DNA of 36,160 bases from Myxococcota bacterium (GTDB lineage: Bacteria; Myxococcota_C; UBA6777): NCBI GenBank assembly GCA_023150835.1, contig JAKLKB010000092.1, forward strand, positions 1-36,160. The letters run 5' to 3'. The position numbers and the translations under genes are program-made. A model generated the notes under the pieces. The model ran no database searches. It had not been told where the DNA came from and saw nothing but the letters and a program-made list of their open reading frames with translations. This document shows, in pieces, positions 27,014 to 36,024 of the stretch. Within the stretch, counting starts at the first letter, position 1; every line of letters starts with the position of its first letter.

Positions 27014-27745
27014 TCAAGGGCCTTTTGGAGGTTCTTGTGCGGGCTGGGATGATCCACCCCACAACGTATGCAGCGCGAAAAAAAACACACCAAAGGAGAT
27101 CGCGATATCCGCGATGTTGAAAGTCGGCCAATGCGAAGTCCCTTGCGCGGTGGTCCAGTAGATGTCGATAAAATCGATCACATGGTTCACACGCAAACGA
27201 TCTGTAAAATTGCCCACCGCACCGCTCGCGATCCCCGCGATGCCCAAGATCAACAAGGTCTCTTCGTCGCGTGCGCGGCGCAACATCGTGGTCAAAAACA
27301 CAAACGCCAACAACGTGATCAGCACAAACAATCCACGCCGCACCAACACAGGCAAGCCGCCAAACACACCCCACGCCGAACCCGGATTGAGTGCATAGCG
27401 AAAGTTCAACAAGCCCGGGAGCACCACACACGCAGGCGAGGCGATATCCGCCACGATCAACACATCGCGACACCACGAAGACTTTTTTAACGCCTCGACC
27501 TGTTTCTTCCACACATCAAGGCTCAGGCGCGCTCGATCAAAACACTTGTCACCTGCTTCGACACAAGAACGCTCACAAGCGCTTTTCTGTTCCTTTTGCT
27601 GACAAAGCCCCCAACACACCTGCCGCTCCATCAAACACGCCGCTTGCGGAGAATGAAGGTGCGTGGTCGCCCAGTGCTTGCTGCCCTGATCCAACCCCAC
27701 CACCACCAAAACCACCCACAACACAACCCAGTAGCGACGCGGCAT
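27014..27745 (-). CDS. lspA: Signal peptidase II with 8-Cys insertion
   Basis: LDQGSK, NPGSAWG, GAVGNFTDR, VIDFI and WPTFNIAD motifs. Confidence 0.92.
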   Translation of the reverse strand: MPRRYWVVLWVVLVVVGLDQGSKHWATTHLHSPQAACLMERQVCWGLCQQKEQKSACERSCVEAGDKCFDRARLSLDVWKKQVEALKKSSWCRDVLIVADIASPACVVLPGLLNFRYALNPGSAWGVFGGLPVLVRRGLFVLITLLAFVFLTTMLRRARDEETLLILGIAGIASGAVGNFTDRLRVNHVIDFIDIYWTTAQGTSHWPTFNIADIAISFGVFFFALHTLWGGSSQPAQEPPKGP

Positions 27746-27757
27746 ATCGTTCTCGCC

Positions 27758-28885
27758 TTATTTCAAAATGTCCGAATCACCCGCTTTTTCCACACGTTCC
27801 GATAATGACGGAGCTTCGATCATCTCACTTTGTTCGGTGATGGTCGATGCTTCGGGCGGATCTGTTGTGGCCGATGCTTCAGACAAGCTCGTTGTGGCCG
27901 ATGCTTCGGGCGGATTTGTTGTGGCCGATGCTTCAGACAAGCTCGTTGTGGCCGATGCTTCGGTCGTTGTGGCCGATGCTTCGGTCGTTATCGCGGATGT
28001 TTCGGTCGTTATCGCGGATGCTTCGGTCGTTGTGGCCGATGCTTCGGTCGTTGTGGCCGATGCTTCGGTCGTTGTGGCCGATACTTTGGGTGTTGGGATG
28101 TGCTGATGGCGAAGGGGAGAGGCGGATGGAGGTTGTTCGATGTAATCGTCTCGATCGGCGTATTCTTCATCAAAAGAAGAGCGAAGGACTTCGATGGCGA
28201 TCAGGACGACACCGACAGAGATGGCGACGTCAGCGACGTTAAAGGTCGGCCAAGAGTGAGAACGCCCTCCGATGTGGACAAACCAGTAGATAAAGTCCAC
28301 AACGTAATCCATCCGCAAGCGATCCAAGAAGTTGCCCAGAGCGCCGCCCAAGATCAACGAAAGCGCCCAAACCATCTGCCGATGCTCCGTTTCGACTCGA
28401 AAAGAGAACAAGTAGACGATAAACAAGATCGCAAGGATGGTGATCGTGATAAAGAAAGGACGGCGAAACTCAGGCGGGTAATCGGAAAACAAGCCCCATG
28501 CAGCGCCGCTGTTGGTTTGGTAACGGAAGTGAAAAAAGCCCGGGACGACGATACACTCGGCGTTGCTGCCGCTCCAAGGCTGGGATACGCTGCGGCAGAT
28601 CCCCGATTGCTTCATTGAATCAAGGTCATAATTCCATCGGCTTATCAAGCGATTCTGCTCTTTTTGGCAATCTTGTTCCAAAAGATTGCAGCGCTTCATG
28701 CAAGAGACCAAACTGCCTTGGTTCCGGGCTAATCCCTCACGACAGCGATCTTCACAAGTGCGGCGCTTGTCATAACAATGGTTTCCGGGGTGGCGGAGAT
28801 ACTGCACCGCCATCAACTTGCTCCACTGATCCAACCCGATCACAGACAAACCAATCGCCAAAAGGATGATGTATTTCTTGCTCAT
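27758..28885 (-). CDS. lspA: Signal peptidase II with 8-Cys insertion and Thr/Ser/Ala/Glu repeat tail
   Basis: LDQWSK, NSGAAWG, GALGNFLDR, VVDFI and WPTFNVAD motifs, with 21-bp SATTTEA repeats at about 27843-28083. Start at MSKKY. Confidence 0.92.
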   Translation of the reverse strand: MSKKYIILLAIGLSVIGLDQWSKLMAVQYLRHPGNHCYDKRRTCEDRCREGLARNQGSLVSCMKRCNLLEQDCQKEQNRLISRWNYDLDSMKQSGICRSVSQPWSGSNAECIVVPGFFHFRYQTNSGAAWGLFSDYPPEFRRPFFITITILAILFIVYLFSFRVETEHRQMVWALSLILGGALGNFLDRLRMDYVVDFIYWFVHIGGRSHSWPTFNVADVAISVGVVLIAIEVLRSSFDEEYADRDDYIEQPPSASPLRHQHIPTPKVSATTTEASATTTEASATTTEASAITTETSAITTEASATTTEASATTSLSEASATTNPPEASATTSLSEASATTDPPEASTITEQSEMIEAPSLSERVEKAGDSDILK

Positions 28886-29068
28886 GCTTTGCTCAAATGT
28901 TCCGTCAGACGGGGGATTTCCAAGGGTAGCCCCCCCCGACGACGCCAACGCTTCCTCAAAAGAACGGTCAACATATACCTGTCGCCCCTTGCTTGTCAAC
29001 CACAACACCGAAGTTCCCGCATGCTCAAGCAAGCCAACAACGCTCACTCCACAGCCCCGAGGCCACCG

Positions 29069-30118
29069 ATGAAAACGCCATCACTCGATCGCCCCTATCT
29101 CTCGAATTCTCGATGCCAACCCCAATCACAAAACGATTTGTTGCGCCAACGTGCGGTGTTTTTGCGTAGGATCCGAGACTTTTTTACACAACGCGGATTC
29201 CTCGAAGTCGAGACCCCGATCTTGATCCCTTGCGCAGATCCCTCGCCCCACCTTGCATCGTTTCGGACATGGTACGAACACCCGTATACTTCGGAGCGCC
29301 AGCGGCTATTTTTGCACACGTCTCCCGAATTTGCGATGAAACGGCTGGTGGCTGCGGGATATCCGCGCATCTTTCAGATCTGCAAATTCTTTCGCAACAA
29401 CGAAGACTCTCCGCTACATAATCCCGAATTCACGGGCCTTGAGTGGTATCAAACCGACGCCGATTATCGCCGATTGATGGACTTGACCGAGGCCATGTGT
29501 CTGGAGCTTTGGCCTTCGGGGCAACTGCGCTATCAAGGCCGTCTGTTCGACGTTCAGACTCCTTGGGAGCGCCTAACGGTCCACGAATCGCTCCGACGCT
29601 ACGCAGGACTCGATTTCCCACCACAGATCGAGTATGGCGATCTCAAGCAAGCCTGCCTTCAAAAAGGGCTTTCGGTGGCTGCGGATGATGCTTGGGATGA
29701 TCTGTTTTTCAAGCTGCTGATCACGTTTGTTGAGCCGCATCTTGGGCAAGAGCGCCCCACTTTTTTGCTCGATTATCCGAAAGAGTTGGCTGCTCTGGCG
29801 CGAACAAAAGCCGATCAGCCCGCCATCGCCGAGCGCGTCGAACTGTATCTCGCAGGGATCGAACTCGCCAACGGATACAGCGAGCTGATCGACCCCATCG
29901 AACAACAACGCCGATGGGAGGCCGACGCACAGATCCGCCAAAATCGAGGCGATGAAGATGCTTTTCCTGTCGATCCCTTGTTTCTTTCGGCGCTGGCCTC
30001 TGGCCTCCCTCCCACCGCAGGGATCGCCATCGGCCTTGATCGCTTGTTGATGCTGTGTCTGGATGCCCCCACCCTCCACGATATCCTGCCCTTCCCCTTC
30101 TCTCCGTCTATTCGCTAA
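29069..30118 (+). CDS. epmA: EF-P lysine aminoacylase (EpmA/GenX)
   Basis: GFLEVETP, LHTSPEFAMKRL, FRNNE.SPLHNPEFT.LEWY, ERVELY..GIELANGYSEL and G.A.GLDRL, with no anticodon-binding domain. Confidence 0.93.
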   Translation: MKTPSLDRPYLSNSRCQPQSQNDLLRQRAVFLRRIRDFFTQRGFLEVETPILIPCADPSPHLASFRTWYEHPYTSERQRLFLHTSPEFAMKRLVAAGYPRIFQICKFFRNNEDSPLHNPEFTGLEWYQTDADYRRLMDLTEAMCLELWPSGQLRYQGRLFDVQTPWERLTVHESLRRYAGLDFPPQIEYGDLKQACLQKGLSVAADDAWDDLFFKLLITFVEPHLGQERPTFLLDYPKELAALARTKADQPAIAERVELYLAGIELANGYSELIDPIEQQRRWEADAQIRQNRGDEDAFPVDPLFLSALASGLPPTAGIAIGLDRLLMLCLDAPTLHDILPFPFSPSIR

Positions 30119-30130
30119 TTAGGCCAAGAA

Positions 30131-31747
30131 TCAAGGCAAGAACATCATCCGACAGATCCAAACAGCAGCCATAATCCCCGCAACATCGGCCATCAGACAA
30201 GCGATCAGCGTGTGTCGGACTTGCTTGATCTGCACCGCGCCAAAGTACACGGCCAAGACGTAAAAGGTGGTTTCGGTACTGCCCTGAAACGTCGCCACCA
30301 TCATGCCGATCAAAGAATCGGGGCCATGCGCGTTCATCGTTTCCGCCATCACACCAAACGCCCCAGACCCCGACAATGGACGCAAAAGAGCCATCGGCAA
30401 AGCTTCCGCAGGCATCCCGATCCATACCGTGATAGGCCGCAACACGCCCACCAACAGATCCAACGCCCCAGACGCACGAAACATCCCGATCGCCACCAAG
30501 ATCGCCACCAAAAACGGGATGATCCGAATCGCCGCATCAAACCCTTCTTTGGCTCCTTGCACCAAGCAATCGTACACCTTGATCCCACGGCTTATCCCGT
30601 ACCACACCAACAACGCGATCAAGATCGGCAACATCCAAAATGACAACAGGTCTTTGCTCAAACCAAACCAAGAGATATCGAGATCACCCCATAACCCCCA
30701 CCCAGACGCCGATTGCAGCGCGTGAGCCAAGATCCACAACGTCGCTTCCATCGCTTCGCCCAAGACGTGACCCACCGCAGCCCCCAACAATGCCAACCAA
30801 AACCCCCACTGCATCGCCCTCATCCACAGCGAGGATTGCGTTAACGTCCCTGAGGCCGCCACCTCCGCCTCCAACGCTTTTAATTCTTGGTGCGCTGTTT
30901 CGGTTCGTGCGCTTTCCGAAGAAGCTGTATCCGCTTCCGAAGAAGCTGTATCCGCTTCCGAAGAAGCTGTATCCGCTTCCGAAGAAGCTGTATCCGCTTC
31001 CGAAGAAGCTGTATCCGCTTCCGAAGAAGCTGTATCTGCTTCCGAAGGAGCGGCAGACGTTGTTTCCGAAGAAGCTGTTTCGGCTTTGGGGCTGGCTGTT
31101 TCGGCTGGTTTGGAGATAGGGATATCGACTTCGTCTTGGGTTTTGTCGATGGGATGGAGAGAAAGGCTGTAGCGCGGGAGCCGAGAGAGCCACACACAAG
31201 CGAAGATCGCGACGGTTGTCGAGCAGATCGTCGCAAACAAGGTGGTGAACAAGATCGCCGAAGGTTGGGCGGATCCCATCGCGGTGCGGATGGCGATCAC
31301 GCCCGTCGGTAGGATCGAAACGCCCGACGTATTGATCGCGAGAAACAACGCCATCCCGTTGGTGGCTACCCCACGCCGCAGGTTCAAGCGTTCGAGTTCC
31401 ATCATCGCCTTGATCCCAAAAGGCGTCGCAGCATTCGCCAAACCGAGCATATTGGACGAGATATTCATGATCATCGCACTCATCGCGGGATGATCCGCAG
31501 GAACATCGGGAAACAGCCGCGTCATCAACGGACGGATCCCACGCGCCAAAGATTGCAACAGCCCTGCTTCTCGGGCGATCTGCATCATCCCCAACCAAAA
31601 GGCCATCACTCCGACCAACCCCAACGCCAACGTCACCGCAGACTTTGCCGCCTCTGCGGATTGTCGCGCCACCGCATCCATCCGCCCCGTCCATGCGCCC
31701 ACCAAGATCGACGCCAACACCAAGATCACCCAGATCGCGTTGAGCAT
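30131..31747 (-). CDS. Fused SpmA/SpmB-type (nucleoside recognition 'Gate' domain) membrane protein
   Basis: MLNAIW, PLMTRLFPDVP..HPA, NMLGLANAATPFGIKAM, RPLSGSG and GSTETTFYVLAVYFG. The linker has six 21-bp EADTASS repeats (30914-31046). Confidence 0.9.
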   Translation of the reverse strand: MLNAIWVILVLASILVGAWTGRMDAVARQSAEAAKSAVTLALGLVGVMAFWLGMMQIAREAGLLQSLARGIRPLMTRLFPDVPADHPAMSAMIMNISSNMLGLANAATPFGIKAMMELERLNLRRGVATNGMALFLAINTSGVSILPTGVIAIRTAMGSAQPSAILFTTLFATICSTTVAIFACVWLSRLPRYSLSLHPIDKTQDEVDIPISKPAETASPKAETASSETTSAAPSEADTASSEADTASSEADTASSEADTASSEADTASSEADTASSESARTETAHQELKALEAEVAASGTLTQSSLWMRAMQWGFWLALLGAAVGHVLGEAMEATLWILAHALQSASGWGLWGDLDISWFGLSKDLLSFWMLPILIALLVWYGISRGIKVYDCLVQGAKEGFDAAIRIIPFLVAILVAIGMFRASGALDLLVGVLRPITVWIGMPAEALPMALLRPLSGSGAFGVMAETMNAHGPDSLIGMMVATFQGSTETTFYVLAVYFGAVQIKQVRHTLIACLMADVAGIMAAVWICRMMFLP

Positions 31748-31904
31748 CCTCGCTCCTTTTTCCCGTCTGCTGTGCTTTTGACTTCTTTTGCCTGACAAGA
31801 CCGCCGCACCAAGATTCCCCGCTCTTGCCCTTCGCCACCACCCTATCCATAATCCCGACCGCCGCTCCAACGCAAAAAACCGACCACCCCAAGGAGCCCG
31901 ACGC

Positions 31905-32717
31905 ATGGGATATGCAAACGGAAAAGTTGTCTTGATCACAGGAGCATCCGCAGGGATAGGCTCTGCTCTTGCGCTCGAATTTGCAAAACAAGGCGCTGAT
32001 CTCGTTCTCACCGCCCGTCGCACCGATCGCCTACAAGAACTTGCCACACAGATCCAAACCCTCGGTCGAAAGGCTCTCCCCATCGCCTGCGACGTCACCC
32101 AAGATCACGACATCGAACAAGCCGCCCACCAAGCACGCGAAACCTTCGGACGCATCGATATCGTCGTCGCCAACGCAGGTTTCGGTGTGGCAGGCACGTT
32201 TGAAAAACTTTCGATGGAGGATTATCGCCGACAGTTCGAGACCAACATCTTTGGCGTGATGCGCACACTCAAAGCGACACTGCCCGATCTCAAGCAATCG
32301 AAAGGCTGTTTTGCGATCATTGGGAGCGTCAACAGCCACATCTCTTTGCCGGGAAACTCGGCCTATGGGATGAGCAAGTTTGCGGTTCATGCCTTTGCAC
32401 AGTCCATGCGCGGCGAACTACGGCCCTTTGGGATCGGTGTCACCCTGATCTCCCCGGGATTTGTAGCCTCCGAGATCCGCCGCGTCAACAACTACGGAGC
32501 CTTCAAACCCGAAGCCAAAGAACCTGTCCCGACTTGGCTGATTATGCCTACCGAGACCGCCGCCCGTCAGATCGCCAAAGCCATCCACAAACGCCGACGC
32601 GAAGCCGTCATCACAGGGCATGGCAAGCTGCTTGTCTTCTTACAACGCCATGTCCCCGGACTGGTGTCCTTTTTCGTCAACCGCTTCGCTGTCAAAGCCC
32701 GCCCCGAACCCCGTTAA
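31905..32717 (+). CDS. Short-chain dehydrogenase/reductase
   Basis: TGASAGIG, ANAG and YGMSK motifs, with an AAGGAG RBS. Confidence 0.93.
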   Translation: MGYANGKVVLITGASAGIGSALALEFAKQGADLVLTARRTDRLQELATQIQTLGRKALPIACDVTQDHDIEQAAHQARETFGRIDIVVANAGFGVAGTFEKLSMEDYRRQFETNIFGVMRTLKATLPDLKQSKGCFAIIGSVNSHISLPGNSAYGMSKFAVHAFAQSMRGELRPFGIGVTLISPGFVASEIRRVNNYGAFKPEAKEPVPTWLIMPTETAARQIAKAIHKRRREAVITGHGKLLVFLQRHVPGLVSFFVNRFAVKARPEPR

Positions 32718-32868
32718 GCCCGATCCCACGCAAAACATCGATTTTCGATACGGATCATCCCCGCAGATAGGCGATTGCAAAAAACTTGCGATTGTTTGAG
32801 GCATCGTTTACATCGAAAAACACACGGCTTGGTGCGCCCCCGCACAAAAAGCAAACTGGAGGTATGAG

Positions 32869-32982
32869 ATGTCTTTGTTTGTGTTAGGGATTTTGATGGG
32901 TCTTACGTACGGTGTGATGATGGGAGCGAGTGTCGGTTATCAGCTTTCGCGCATGACCAAAGAGCGCCGACATCCGCGCTAG
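32869..32982 (+). CDS. Small 37-aa single-TM protein (not in the ORF track)
   Basis: GGAGG 6 nt upstream of the ATG. Translation: MSLFVLGILMGLTYGVMMGASVGYQLSRMTKERRHPR*. Confidence 0.55.
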   Translation: MSLFVLGILMGLTYGVMMGASVGYQLSRMTKERRHPR

Positions 32983-33020
32983 ATCGTTTTGGTGGGGGCG
33001 AGGAAAGATCGAAGGGTGGG

Positions 33021-33674
33021 TTAACGGCCTTGGACGATGGCGCGGACTTGGAGTTTTAAGGAGACATAAGAGCGCGGAGGCAGGGACACTTGGGAGGACA
33101 ACAGTTGTTCGCGCACGCATAGGCCAAGGGTTTTGCCGTAGGTCGACAACATGACGGTTTCTTCGGCGTCTTGGAAACGTCCGTCTGGCCCGACTCCGAT
33201 CGCCAAACGAAAACGCACCGTAGTTTCTCCCACAGGGAATTCATCCCTTGAGATATCGCAAGTGTGGAAGGACTCGATCAGCCCGTTCATCTCCTTTTGG
33301 AGATAGTGCATCTCGTCGGGTGTACCGTTGCCTGAAAGTTCCTCGACCACAAGACGCTGCAACGTGACGGATGCAGCGGGTTTGGGAGCAGGCTGGGGTT
33401 CGGTCGTGGGCGCAGGTTCGGTCGTGGGTGGATTTGTCTGAGAAGGATCCGTGTGAGGTGTGGGTTCGGTTGTGGGCGCGGGTTCGATCGTGGGCGCGGG
33501 TTCGGTGGATGGGGGGGGCTTGGTTGGATTGGTGCAGCGGCCATAGACACAAGCGGGGCCTTGCTTTCCGTAGACATCGCGTGTCACTTCCGTCCCCCAA
33601 GGGAGAACAATGCACCCTTGGAGCAGGGTCGCTACAAAAAGAACGGGGCCCATGGTTTGTCCAAAACGCTTCAT
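33021..33674 (-). CDS. Lipoprotein with Pro/Thr linker and C-terminal AgmX/PglI-C (TonB-C-like) domain
   Basis: GGAG RBS before MKRF, a lipobox LQGC, TEPAPT repeats and a C-terminal helix-Cys...GETTVRF..GPDGR...LGLCV pattern. The domain call is tentative. Confidence 0.7.
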   Translation of the reverse strand: MKRFGQTMGPVLFVATLLQGCIVLPWGTEVTRDVYGKQGPACVYGRCTNPTKPPPSTEPAPTIEPAPTTEPTPHTDPSQTNPPTTEPAPTTEPQPAPKPAASVTLQRLVVEELSGNGTPDEMHYLQKEMNGLIESFHTCDISRDEFPVGETTVRFRLAIGVGPDGRFQDAEETVMLSTYGKTLGLCVREQLLSSQVSLPPRSYVSLKLQVRAIVQGR

Positions 33675-34003
33675 TTTTTTCTCCATAACGGCCATCGCAA
33701 GGGCCATTTGCGCCAATCAACGCAGAGGATTCGGCCATTGGCCGCCTGTAGACGACCCGCACACCACGCTGCGCCTAGCAACGGCGGTGCCACCACGCTC
33801 CACCAAGCAGAGTCCCGCAGATCCCAAGGGCGACGACCCTCGCAAAGAGCCTGTGTAGGCAACGAGCAAAACAAGATCGGAGTAATCACGCGCAGCGTTT
33901 GGAGCAAGTGTGCTCCACAAGAAAAAACAAAAAAAGCCGTGTTCGCGTCCGAGCGCGACAGAGACGTCGATTTGAAAAACCTGCGATCTCTTCGCCGATA
34001 TCG

Positions 34004-34051
34004 GAGTCAAGGGGACAAAGTTCCCTTGTGGGGCGTGGGGCAAAGCCCCAC
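34004..34051 (-). repeat. Double-hairpin REP-like element (family B)
   Basis: The reverse complement reads GTGGGGCTTTGCCCCACGCCCCACAAGGGAACTTTGTCCCCTTGACTC. Confidence 0.8.
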
Positions 34052-34094
34052 AAAAACGGCCCAGCAAGCCACGTCGATGCAGAGAAGCTCCTTC

Positions 34095-35879
34095 TCACCA
34101 AGCTGAACGAGCGGAGCGTTGGGGATGATCGGGATGGAGCCGCCAACGCGACTCGCGTTCATCGCGGCAAGCCTCGGTGGGTTTGGGCGGCTGATCGAGC
34201 GATTTGATCCGAAAGCGGATCAGCGAGATCAACGGAGCGTGTCGGTAGATGTAGGGGCTCATCAGCATCTGCTTGAGCTTTTCGCGGTCGTTGCGTGCAA
34301 ACAGAAAGGCCCGATGCAGCGACACGCCGACTTTCGGTTCTAACACGACGGCTCGCGCCAAAAACAGCGATTGCAAAACGAGATAGCGGTGCGGGGCCAA
34401 CAGCCAAGCACGTTCTAACGCGGCCCGCGCTTTGGGAAAATCCCCCTTTCCACCCGATGTTCCACCAAGATTGAGAAAAACGGCCCATTCGTTGGGAACC
34501 AGACGCGCATTGTAAGACCACAGATGCTCGTCCGTCTGCCAGATCGCCACAGCATGCCGCGTGTACATCCCCATCCCGATCACACAAGAGAACGCAAACC
34601 ACAACAGCCACGCGTGTCGGGGCTTTGCGAGTGAAGAGCGCGCTCGCATCACAGATCTCCACCACGCCCCCACGATCAAAGTGATGCCGACCATCGGAAG
34701 CAGCGTATAGCGATCCGCGATCGGAAAAGCGATCGGGATTACCCCTGCGATCGGCAACATCGCACAAAACCACCACGCCACTCCCACAGAAAACCAACGC
34801 CCGACTCCTTCACGCAGCCACAGCGCCGCCCCGCCCAATCCCAACCACCCCACAAAACAAAGCCCTTGCACCCAGCCCCAACCGCACGACCAAGGCACCG
34901 TCGGGATCGCAACAGGCGGAGCCAACGAAAAGATCCGCGCCACATAACGCGCTTGCAAACACGCCACCGCCCCAAGATGCCCCGCCCATCCCTCTTCCAA
35001 CAAACAGTTGCGCGCCACCACTTCCCGATAACCCAACACCCCGATCATCAACAAAACACCCGCAACCACCGCCCAAAGCAACGTGCCTTGAACCATCTTC
35101 GGTTGCTTGTTCTGCGCGTTCTCGCTTTTGGGATGCGCCCCCTCCAACAGTCCCGCAACCAACGGAAAACACAACGGCATTAACACCACCGAGGTCTTGC
35201 TCAACGCAGCCAACAACGCCCATCCCCACCACGTCCGCGCCCCCCGTAGATAGGCGTCCAACGACCACATCAACAAAAACAAGCTGACCGTATCCCGTGC
35301 ATTCGAGGCCCACGCAAAGCTTTCGACCCGCAGCGGATGCAGCCACACCACCCCCACCAAAAGGCAAGCTATACACGACACCAACCGCACACGCCACACC
35401 AAGATCCGCCAAAACAGCCACGCCCCACCCAAGGTCAGCAACCCATTGCCCGCCTTGATCACTTGCACCACCGAAACCCCCAACCCTTCGGCAATTCGAG
35501 CAGCCAGCCAAAACCACGTCTGCAAAACGGGATACCAGCTGTTGTCAAACGTCGACGACCAAGCGACCCAAAGCCCCGCCCACCCTGCCTGCAACGCTCG
35601 GTTTTCTTGCGGGTTCAAATACTTGTTATCGTCCCACTTCAGCGCTTCTCCACCCAAAGCCCCCCAAAAAACCCACCCGATCAACACCATCATCCCCATC
35701 CACACCCACCGATCCAACCAAGACAGCGATGCCGCACCCGTCGGACTTGTGGGAGGCTTAGTCGGCGATGCCTGCGCGGGAGCCGATGCGTTCAAATGGT
35801 GCGGTTCGAGGTTCGGCACAGCAGGCATTTTCTTCGGTGGTTTGGGAGCATGGGGTTTGTTTTTTTTGTTGCGTGCCAT
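34095..35879 (-). CDS. TMTC-like GT-C membrane glycosyltransferase with C-terminal TPR
   Basis: WDDNKY, WYPV, HPLRVESFAWAS.ARD, LSK, ADRYTLLP and WQTDEHLW motifs, followed by a TPR. Multi-TM protein. Start at MARNK. Confidence 0.8.
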   Translation of the reverse strand: MARNKKNKPHAPKPPKKMPAVPNLEPHHLNASAPAQASPTKPPTSPTGAASLSWLDRWVWMGMMVLIGWVFWGALGGEALKWDDNKYLNPQENRALQAGWAGLWVAWSSTFDNSWYPVLQTWFWLAARIAEGLGVSVVQVIKAGNGLLTLGGAWLFWRILVWRVRLVSCIACLLVGVVWLHPLRVESFAWASNARDTVSLFLLMWSLDAYLRGARTWWGWALLAALSKTSVVLMPLCFPLVAGLLEGAHPKSENAQNKQPKMVQGTLLWAVVAGVLLMIGVLGYREVVARNCLLEEGWAGHLGAVACLQARYVARIFSLAPPVAIPTVPWSCGWGWVQGLCFVGWLGLGGAALWLREGVGRWFSVGVAWWFCAMLPIAGVIPIAFPIADRYTLLPMVGITLIVGAWWRSVMRARSSLAKPRHAWLLWFAFSCVIGMGMYTRHAVAIWQTDEHLWSYNARLVPNEWAVFLNLGGTSGGKGDFPKARAALERAWLLAPHRYLVLQSLFLARAVVLEPKVGVSLHRAFLFARNDREKLKQMLMSPYIYRHAPLISLIRFRIKSLDQPPKPTEACRDERESRWRLHPDHPQRSARSAW

Positions 35880-36024
35880 CCGTCCGTGAATTCCTTCGCT
35901 TCGCAATGAGCGGTGTGATCGGCTCGTTTCATGATGTGGCGGCCCGTTTTGTGGGGCGTTGCCCATACGCGCCTTGTTAAGGTGGAAACCTCGTAGAGTC
36001 GGTCTTGATCGCCTTTTTTTTTCT

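Noticed and set aside
30131-31747. Evidence of endospore formation from the spmA/spmB-like gene
   Set aside because: Fused SpmAB homologues are widespread in non-sporulating bacteria.
30684-31991. 435-aa minus-strand ORF with GYSFFGS repeats
   Set aside because: Alternative frame of the spmA/B gene. The repeats are the EADTASS repeat read out of frame.
33671-33907. 78-aa minus-strand ORF whose stop overlaps the lipoprotein ATG (ATGA)
   Set aside because: TTG start, no clear RBS and no recognisable motif. The overlap may be chance, so it is not supported enough to call.
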